NCBI GenBank assembly: GCA_030390025.1
Contig: CM059432.1
Coordinates: forward strand, 141,300,001-141,364,000
Reading direction: 5' to 3'
From: Squalus acanthias
Lineage: Eukaryota
Length of the DNA stretch: 64,000 bases
Part shown: piece after piece, positions 13,601-24,500 of the stretch
Numbering within the stretch: the first letter of the stretch is position 1
Layout: each line of letters opens with the position of its first letter
Translations under genes and position numbers: made by a program
The notes under the pieces: generated by a model
What the model was told of the DNA's origin: nothing
The model's database searches: none
The model's input: only the letters and a program-made list of their open reading frames with translations

Positions 13601-16600
13601 TTGAACCCACCACCTTCTGACTCAAGCAGCTCGATACCATGTTCTCTTACTGCCTTGTTACATACGTAATGCTGCCTCTGCCATGCTATGTACACCAACC
13701 CCACCCCCCCCCACCCCTCCACATTTAATAATAGTTTGAAGAAAGTTTTTAAAGGAAGGTCTTTAAGAAAAAATACATCATGAATATCAAGTTCCTGGCA
13801 GAGAGTTTAGGGCAACAATTCAATATTCAGGTTTTACTGATATCCACAATTGTAGAGTGGGATACTGATTCATAACACACACTGGGCCAAAAATTCGGCA
13901 CTTGTCGGGTGAGTACGCGCTGTGTACACACTCGTAAGGCCTCCTGAAGTGCCGGTTTCCTGCATGCACTGCGCATGCGCGGGAAACCGGAACTTCCGGT
14001 CTGGTGAAGGGAGCGGTTCAGAGGTGAACCGCGTGCGCGGTAGAGGCTGCGCGCACGCAGCAAACTTAGGGTTTTTTTCAGGTTTCTCCGGGAGGGTAAG
14101 TATTGAAGAACCTGCGCTTTTAAAAAGGAGGCGCAAGACCCGTTTTCAACAAGGTAAGTGGTTAATTAATTACAATTTAAAAATGTTTTCAACAGGTTTA
14201 TCGTTTTTAGATACTTTAAAGAAAGGTAAGTTTATTTTTAGCACTGTTAAAAAGTATTTTAATTTTTTCAAAAATTAAAATTTTTGTTTAAAGTAATTAA
14301 TTTATTTAACTTATAGTTATTTTAAAAATGTGATGGTTTTTTAAAAAATTTATTTGTAGTTTAGGTGTTGTTTTGGGGCCGATTTCAATTCATAGATTTG
14401 ACAGGTCTTCCTGTCAAATCTATGAATGAAAGATGGTCTGCTGCCATTGGCTCTCCATGGCCCACGTGATCCCAGGGGACGCATCGCACTAACTACGCCC
14501 CTGGGATACACAAGCACTGCGCGCCGGCAGTTGCAGGAGGCCCAGGAGCTGAAGTCCCCGTGGGCCCAGAGGTCAACGGCAGGCGCGGTAGGTAGGTGCG
14601 CGCGCGATCATTGCACCCGCGGGAAGCCAGGGAGCCGAATTTCTGGGCCTATGTTATTTTAATTATGCTACACACACTGGCTGAAGTGACTATATGGAAC
14701 CTATCCTCTGATAACTAAAATTCCTCTAGCTTTTGACATTTTAGACTAATAGTTATGAACCTGACCTTAAACCAAATCTTGGATTGCAGTGGAAGCTAAT
14801 TTTGCAAATGATGTTCTATATAAGTCAACTTCTGTTTAATCCTACAAAGGGCAACATTACAAAGCATTATTCAGGATTTACTGTGAGACTTGTTTCAGAT
14901 CTTAAGAGCAGGGGGGGCTCTGCCAAAATCTCAGCCTCCATGCATCAGCGAAACCGTTCTTTAACACTGGCTGCACTTTTCTTTTAAACAAATGTTTTTA
15001 TCGCTGTGTCTGCATTCCATGCATAAATCGAAACGGCTTCTCAAACCCAAATGTTTAAAGTCGCAAATGTCAGAGTTGAAGCTTAAGCTCGGGTTGCCAA
15101 CTCTGGTTGGACATATTCCTGGAGGTTTCATCACATGACCTCCCGCCTCCACCCGCCCCCGCCGGTCAAACAGCCTTTCCCCATCTCCAATATTTTTATC
15201 GCCAGTAAATGAAACTGTTCAAAGAAGAGGAGAAGAAACATCTTTTTTTTTTTTAACGCCCCAATGATTGTTTTTACTGGCAGCAGTTTCCAGGACATTA
15301 ATCTTCAATTCCTGCAGACTCCAGGACAATCCTGGAGGGTTGGCAACCCCTAGCTTAAACGCAGGGTCAGGGCTTAGCTACGTGCTACTCACGTGTGGTT
15401 TCGGCCCCCCGGAGGCCCTCGCTGGCAGCCTTCGTATAGATGGCAAACACCGCGATCTGATATTCCGTCAGGGACATCAGATTCTGAAGGACAGCTGTCG
15501 ATTCCGTTCCATCCACAACCACCTGTAAGAAGAAAGAACTTGCATTTCTTCTTATCTTACAAAGTTAGTTGTAACATAGTCTAGACCAGGTAATTCATGG
15601 ATGTTGGCATGAGGACAATTCTGCACCTAATTGTTTTGTTACACCCCTTTGCTGAAGATTGTACTAAATGAAAGAACTTGCCTTTCTATGGTATGTTTCA
15701 CAACCTCAGGATGTCCCAAAGCGCTTTACAGCCAATGAAGTACTTTTGAAGTGTAGTCACTGTTGTAATGTAGGAAGCGTGGCAGCTAATTTTCGCACAG
15801 CAAGCTCCACAAACAGCAATGTGATAATGACCAGATAATTGGCATTAGTGTTGTTGGTTGAGGGATAAATATTGGCCAGGACACCGGGGAGAACTCCCCT
15901 GCTCTTCTTCGAAATAGTGCCATGGGATCTTTTGCGTCCACCTGAGAGGACAGACAGGGCCTCGGTTTAACGTCTCATCTGAAAGACGGCACCTCCAACA
16001 GTGCAGCACTCCCTTATTCATTCACGGGATGTGGGCATTGCTGGCAAGGCCAGCCTTTATTGCCCATCCCTAATTGCCCTTGAGGAGATGGTGCTGAGCC
16101 GCCTTCTTGAACCGCTGCAGTCCATGAGGTGAAGGTACTCCCACAGTGCTGTTAGGGAGGGAGTTCCAGAATTTGGACCAGCGACGATGAAGGAACGGCG
16201 ATATATTTCCAAGTCAGGATAGTGTGTGACTTGGAGGGGTACTTGGAGTTGATGGTGTTCCCATGCATCTGCTGCCCTTATCCTTCTAGGTGGTAGAGGT
16301 TGTGGGTTTGGGAGGTGCTGTCGAAGAAGCCTTGGTGAGTTGCTGCAGTGCATCTTGTAGATGGTACACACTGCAGCCACGGTGCGCCGGTGGTGGAGGG
16401 AGTGAATGTTTAAGGCTGTGGATGGCGTCAGCCTAGATTTTGTGCTCAAGTCCCTGGAGTGGGACTTGAAACCCACAACTTTTTCACTCAGATGCGAGAG
16501 TGTTACCCACTGAGACACAGCTGCCACTTATGCTCAAATAGTTGACAAAATCACGAAGCCTCATAAAAAAATATATATTTAGTACAGTGTATAAGCATTA

Positions 16601-18477
16601 AAATCTGTACAAAACTCATTTTCTCACATTTCCCAGCATTATAAAAGTGCCATTATTTATAGACTAATAATCGGCAGTGATTGTTATGGTTTAGCATTGT
16701 CCCCAATACTTGCTCACAGTTAGACAGCACATTCCATAAACAGACCAAGTCGCTTATGAACTGAAACCTGTGTCCTTGTTGATGCCCAGGTTTAATAATT
16801 CATTCCTAAATCTGGGAAACAACACAACACACAACAGTTGGGTAGCTGGGCAACACATTCTCCCCTCATTCCTGAAGGTGGGAAACAGAATTGTGTCAGA
16901 CTGATGCTCACAGGCTAATAACTGCGTGGTCAGATTTATCTACAGGCTGAAGCATGCAAAAAGACGTGGCAAGATACTTAAACAACAGCAACAACTTGCA
17001 TTTATATAGCACCTTTAATGTAGTAAAACGTCCCAAGGCGCTTCACTGAAGCGTTAGCAGACATAATTTGGCAATCGAACAGGACAATCAAACTAGAATC
17101 GGGACGCAGTGGATTTATATACGCTTTTTAGAAGTGTTCTGACCGATCCTGCTAAGTAACAAGACTTTTGACAGCGGTCGAGAAATTGGATCGTGCAGGG
17201 CCCGTTTTACACCTGAAAACGGGCGCTAAAGGGTCCAATATGGCGTGCGGCATGTGTGCACTCATTCCACGCCAGGTATGGGCCACATTGGTTCGGGTGC
17301 CCAGCAATCATCCAAGGGACGCCTGCCTGAAACAGGCATTAAGACCCAGTGCCTGTGAAATTCAAGGGGGTCTAGCGCCTATTTGCGGTTCCTTTCGGAT
17401 ATTGGATGGCGACTCACCACAGCATTGCACCCTTCAGCTTTCTCAGGCGAACAGCAGCCAAACCAGCAGTCTTTAAAGGGCTGCTGCTGGCTGCAACCAA
17501 ATCGGTGGGTTAAACAAAAAATACGTTTCAGGGGGCATTTTAACCCAATAAATATAACCACGCAAAATTATTTATCCTTTTATAAGCTAAAACAGATTTT
17601 TAAACCAATTTTTAAAGAAACATAATGAAGCTCAACGGAAGCGCGAGGAACAGCACTTCATCTTTCGATGAGGCACTTTACAGCCTTCCGGACTCACCAT
17701 TGTGTTCAGCAATTTCAGACCATAACCAATATTCCCATTTTTTCGGACAGCAGCTGTTGGTAATGATTCTGCATGTCATTTGCACCTCCTCTAGACTCAT
17801 CTTTTGTTTCTTAACTTGTCCCATTACCACCCCCTTTTGCCTCGCACCATCATCCCTTTTGTCATTTAATCACTCCTGCCTTCCAACCTATCACAGTCCT
17901 TCCCTTTTGTTCTTTCCTCCCCTCCACCCCGCTTTCCCTGCCCCTGCACTTGCTCAAAAACTGTTACATCTCTAACCTTTTCCAGTTCTGACGCAAGGTC
18001 ACCGACCTGAAACTTTGGGCTGGATTTTCAATGACCCGTGGAGTCGGGTTTGGAGGCGTGTGGGGGGTTAAAGTTGCAGATTCGGGGGTCCCGACCCCAT
18101 CCCGACTCCATGCAATTTTGACAAAATCGGTCGCGGGGTTCCCGACCCCGTCCCGCCTCCAAGAAGCGGGAGAGGCCATGAAAGCCCTTAACAAGCCCTA
18201 AATTGGCTCTGTAATGCCATTTTGAAACGTTTTAGCTAGTTTAACCCTTTTCCGACGTGAAGTACGCCTGATGTGAAACACGCCAGTGAAACCTGGCGGG
18301 AGCAAAAGTGGATAGCTAACTATCAGCTGCAGGTCCACTATTACAACGGAGATGTGATGAAGGTAGTAGTCGTATTGTGATGAAGGTAGTAGTAGTATTA
18401 GGTCTGAAAGTTGCCTCTGATGCTGCTGCATTGAATGTCTTCAGAGACTGCCTGGGAGGACTTGGTTGCAAAAAAAA

Positions 18478-18509
<32 letters not shown>

Positions 18510-21500
18510 GAGACGCTGCTCATTTTGCATCCAGGTCCTCTCACAGCAAAGGCCAGGCAATCTCTGAGACCAGGCAGTCTCTGACCTGCAATGATGACAT
18601 CATCAGAGGCCACTTTCAGACTGAAACCACTAATTGGTTCATGGGTTCCCACATGCTGGAACTCAATTGCCCAATTAAGTGAAAATTGCATCAATCTCCC
18701 ACATCCAATTGCAGGCGGGTGGATAACACGAAATGCGGATGACACGACCCCAACCCGCCCCAGTATCAAAATCCAGCCTCTCTGTTTCTCTCTCCACAGA
18801 TGCTGCCTGACCTGTTGAGTATTTCCAGCATTTTCTGTTTTTATTTCAGATTTCCAGCAACTGCAGTATTTCGCTTTTATATATATATATATATGTATGG
18901 TCCTTGGTACAATTTTGTAGTTATGTACTTGCGATTAATAAAAAAAAACTCTAAGGTACCTCTTCTGGCTGACCTGCGGTGGTGGAGTAATAGACTACGC
19001 GATACTTTTCCACTTTCCCAGGTGCATGTGACCAGCTAACACGGAGGACTGCGGGCTGTTATGTCACTTGTAACGAGGTTTGTGGGTGCCACTGGGTTCG
19101 AGCTCACACTTCCGGTTGCTTCTAAAGATTCGGAGATAAAAAATGAAAGCCTAGTACTGTAGGTTGGAATTGCACAAGTTTGCAGAAAAGTAGTGTCACC
19201 AACGTTCCCGCTCAGCCGCGCAGTGGTCTGGAGGCCCCACGCAGGCCGCTCACCGGCTTTTCAATAGGAGAAACCGCGCACGTGTGAAAATCTGAATGGG
19301 CCGCGCAGCCACTTAAAGGGACCGCGCACCCGAAAAAACTTAGAGGGATCCTTGAGTGTCACTATTAAATTAGTGTCCTATATACCAAAAAAGGCAAAGA
19401 AACTTGGACCAGATGCCCTTCCTTACGCTAATAAAGACACAAAATCTGAGTATTGATGGGGAGAGATTTCCTCTGTGCACTGTGGGGACCAAAACAAATT
19501 CTTTGCAAATGCATTGACAATTTTGCTACACGTAATGTGGAGAGAAAATCTAAAATTCATCCTCTCTGTTATCACACTCATAGTGTTGTTTGGCTGTGGG
19601 GCATTATTCACTTGTAATTGATATCTTTTTGATCAATAATGGCGCTTAAAGCCGTGTAAATTTAAACCTGAATAAAAACTGTCGCAGAAATTCCAACCCT
19701 GTTTCTTTTACATAGGATATACGGCACAGAAACAGGCCATTCAGCCCAACCAGTCCATGCCAGCGTTTATGCTCCACTCGAGCCTCCTCCCGTCTTTCCT
19801 CATCTAAACCTATCAACATAACCCTCTATTCCCTTCTCCCTCATATGCTTGTCTAGCCTCCCCTTAAATGCATCCATACTATTCGCTTCAACCACTCCCT
19901 GTGGTAGCGAGTTCCACATTCTCACCACTCTCTGGGTAAAGAAGTTTCTTCTGAATTCCCTATTGGATTTCTTGGTGACTATCTTATATTGATGGTCTTT
20001 AGTTATGCTCTTCCCCACAAGTGGAAACATTCTCTCTGTATCCACTCTGTCAAAACCTTTCATAATTTTAAAGACCTTTCCAGGTAGACAAGGTGGTTAA
20101 AAGGCATATGGGATACTTGCCTTCATTAGCCGAGGCATAGAATATAAGAGCAGGGAGGTTATGATGGAGCTGTACAAAACGCTAGTTAGGCCATAGCTGG
20201 AATACTGTGTGCAGTTCTGGTTGCCACACTATAGGAAGGATGTGATTGCATTGGAGAGGGTGCAGAGGAGATTCACCAGGATGTTACCTGGGCTGGAGCG
20301 CTTCAGCTATGAAGAGAGATTGGACAGGCTGGGGTTGTTTTCCTCAGAGCAGAGAAGGCTGAGGGGGGACCTGATTGAGGTGTACAAAATTATGAGGGGC
20401 ATAGATAGTGTAGATAGAAAGGAACTTTTCCCCTTAGTAGAGGGGTCAATAACCAGGGGGCATAGTTTCAAGGTAAGGGGCAGGAGGTTTAGACGGGATT
20501 TGAGGAAAAACTTTTTCACCCAGAGGGTGGTTGGAATCTGGAACTCGCTGCCTGAAAGGGTGGTAGAGGCAGGAACCCTCACAACATTCAAGAAGCATTT
20601 AGATGAGCACTTGAAATACCATAGCACACGGACCAAGTGCTGGAAAATGGGATTAGAATAGACAGGACTTGATGACCAGCGTGGACATGATGGGCCGAAG
20701 GGCCTCTTTCTGTGCTGTATAATTCTATGACTCTATTAGGTCACCCCTCAGCCGCCTTCTTTCAAGAGAAAAGAGACCCAGCCTGTTCATCCTTTCCTGA
20801 TATGTATACCCTCGCATTGCTGGTATCATCCTTGTAAATCTTCTCTGCACCTTCTCCAGTGCCTCTATATCCTTTTTATAATATGGCGACCAGAACTGTA
20901 CGCAGTACTCTAAGTGTGGTCTAACCAAGGTTCGATACAGGTTTAACATAACTTCCCTACTTTTCAATTCTATACCTCTAGAAATAAACCCTAGTGATTG
21001 GTTTCCTTTTTTTATGGCCTTGCTAACCTGTGTCGCAACTTTTAGTGATTTGTGTATTTGTACTCCGAGATCCCTTTGTTCCTCTACCCTACCTAGACTC
21101 GCACCCTCCAAGTGATAAGTGACCTTCCTATTCTTCCTACCAAAATGTAATACCTCACATTTATCTGTGTTGAACTTCATTTGCCAATTATATGCCCATT
21201 TGGCAAGTTTATTAATGTCCTCCTGTAATTTGTTGCAGTCCTTCTCAGTATTGACTATTCCCCCCAATTTGGTGTCATCCGCAAATTTAGAAATTGTGTT
21301 TTTGATTCCAAAGTCTAAATCGTTAAATGTAAATTGTGAACAACAGTGGTCCCAGCACTGATCCTTGTGGAACACCACTACCCACCTTCTGCCACTGTGA
21401 CTAGCTACCCTTTACCCCTACTCTCTGCTTTTATGTATTTATTAAAAATCTTACAACGACGCACACTTCCTATCTGCAACATCTCACTTCCTGCTGTCAC

Positions 21501-24500
21501 ATTTTGTTACACGTTTAGCATCAACTTTTTTGCATGATCCATTTCTATGTCCACATTTACTATGGGCTGTGCCTATGTTAACTCATCATTCTGATCGCAC
21601 AATCTGGCCACAGTTCCCATAAATCACTCCAAATGCTTTCTAAAAAATGTTTTTACTACCAATGTTCCCTCTAAGTTGTCTTTGTTGTACCCAGCCTGTT
21701 TATTTCAATGCATGGTCCGTTTAAATTTCTCTCCGCATGCATGGTATTTCAAATGAAACAGCTCGTCAGCGGCATGCTCGGTACCTTGCAGATTACTGTG
21801 CGGCCACGCACGCACGCAGCTTAGAGGGAACATTGTTCGCTACCATTTTTTCTTAAGTAACTGAAATTTCTAATGTCTAAAAAAAAGTTTAAACAATTTT
21901 TTTAAATAATTTGCATACGTCACAAAAACCATAATTAAGCTTATCAATTGAATTGTATTTTACGTTTATTTAATGCCTTCATTAAAGTTTTTACTTAAAG
22001 GCCTTAACCTCTCCCAAGAGCCTGGGCTTGTTGTTGATATGTCTGTCCAGAATTGTGACTTAATTTGGATTGTGTAGTCAGCGCGAGTACAGTGCATCTA
22101 ATGTCCCGAAATGCATCAGTACCATTCAGTCACTTGCACTTCAGCTTCTAGAACATTCTGCCCAATAGCTTTTCATCAAATAATTTTGAAAAACAAGAGA
22201 AGAAATTTCAACAGCTTCACGGAGATAAAATTGAGTAATTTTTTTTTTACTAATGGCTGTGTCTGTGTAAGAGAGTGAGAAAAACTAACACTGTACTAAT
22301 TACACATCTGTTGAAGATTTTGTTTCTGTTCTAAAAACTTTAGAAAATGTATTAAGCTCAGGGAGGGGGAGAGAGAGAAAAAAAAGAGGTGGATAAAAGA
22401 GTGAAAGAGCAGGGATGAGAGAGAAATTGGGCAAAACTCACAACGTCGGCAAGGGCATATAATAGGCGGTAACAGTTCGGCTGCCCGTTATACATGGAAA
22501 GGAAATTTGGGCGGGCTTTTTTACCATGCAGCTGATCCACTATCACCCACTTTATGCCCCCCCGTCTATAATTCTATAACCACATGGATGAAAAGCGCAG
22601 GTGTACGATATCATACCTTTTATCTCTTTGTCCTGCTCTTCCACGCGTGAGCACACCGTTTTAGTGAGACCTTCAATGATTGTGTTCATGATGTTGAAGT
22701 CAGCCACGTTGTAGACATGAGTTTCATCGGGTTCTGAGGCGATTGCCTTCAGCTCATTCACATCTGCATTTTTCACGCCTGTTATTTAACGGGAAATGAT
22801 AACAACCGCTTAGCGAACGAATCGGTGGCATTAAATGCTGATAATGGAAAAAGTCGTGAAACCTGTAAATTACGGACACCTTAGGTGAGTGGCACCAGCT
22901 GTCCTTACTTTCAAAATGGTCACCATACGTGCTGTAAAAATTCCCAGTAGAATGGGGAGTTCTTCACCCAGCGTCGGTAGCAGCAGAGAAACCCCCCTCA
23001 ATCTGTGGGATCGAGCCGTGCCAGCATTCAATCCCAAGAGATAGAGCGGTTTCTCTGCCGCTATGCATGCTGGGTAAAGAGCTCCCCCATTCCACGAGAG
23101 CCGTTTCTTTCACAAAGCCCGCTACTGGCACCCGCTGGCTTGCACGCCCCGTGTTTTTAAGCTGTAAAGGGGTACTTGGTGCATCGAAGGTTGTCTGCAG
23201 TTTGGAATTTGCGAGTGTCCGTGGTTTCGGAGCGCCTCTTGCATATTTTACCATGCAAGTTATTGGAGTAACTGTTCGGTTTTTTTGGCCATGTCGGTTT
23301 ATACAGGTTTCACTCTCTTGTAAAGAACATTCACCATAAGAAATCCCACTAGGATTCGTAAAACCAAAAACTCGTGGCAAAAATAACAGGCTCGAGCTTA
23401 CCTCACCTCAGTCCATCAAAAATAGCAACCACTGGTGCAAGTCACAGGATGTCAGTGACATCTGGTCAAACATTTTTCAGTGTTTCTAGTTGGCAATTAT
23501 ACCCACACAGGAGACTTACCAATAGCAGACTTACCAATAGCAAAGAGCTCGATGCCAGCGTCACGTAAACTTTTAGCTGGTGGAAGGACGTCATCTTGCG
23601 ACTTGCCATCAGTGATCAAGATTCCAATCTTTGGCACGCCAGTTCTGGTTCCAGCTTCAGGCTTAAAGCTATTCTCAAGGATATAAGTCAAAGCAAGCCC
23701 TAAAAAAAAATCGGCACAAAAAAAATCAAACGTCATGTGTTAGAATGGCGCTAATAGATATCAAGGATCTGTATCAAGCATCTAAAGGAGTTTCAGTACT
23801 GTGAAGGTTAATAAGGCCATAAATAAAGAGAACAAGGCATTGGGGTTCATTTCGAGAGGGATAGAATTGAAAAGTAGCTAAGTTATGTTAAACTTGTATC
23901 GAACCTTGGTTGGACCACATTTGGAGTACTGTGGACAGTTCTGGTCACCATATTATGAAAAGGATATAGAGACACTGGAGAAGGTACAACAAAGATTTAC
24001 AAGGATGATACCAGAACTGAGAGGTTGTAACTATCAGGAAAGACTGAACAGGCTGGGGCTCTTTTCTCTAGAAAAGAGAAGGCTGAGGGGCGACCTGATG
24101 GAGGTCTTTAAAATTATGAAGGGGTTTGATAGGGTAGACACAGAGAAAATGTTTCCACTTGTGGGGGAGTCAAAAACTAGGGGCCATAAATATAAGATAG
24201 TCACTAATAAATCCAATAGGGAATTCCAGAGAATGGTTAGAATGTGGAACTCGCTACCACAAGGAGTAGTTGAGGCAAATAGCATAGATGCATTTAAGGG
24301 GAAGCTAGATAAACACATGAGGGAGAAAGGAATAGAAGGATATGCTGATAGGGTGAGATGAAAAGGGGAGGGACGAGGCTCGTGTGGAGCATAAACACCA
24401 GCATGGAGCAGTTGGGCTGAATGGCCTGTTTCTGTGCTGTAAATTCTGTGTAATAATTTGTAAGGTGATCTGATCAAGGTTCCACCTTGCCAAGTCTGAA

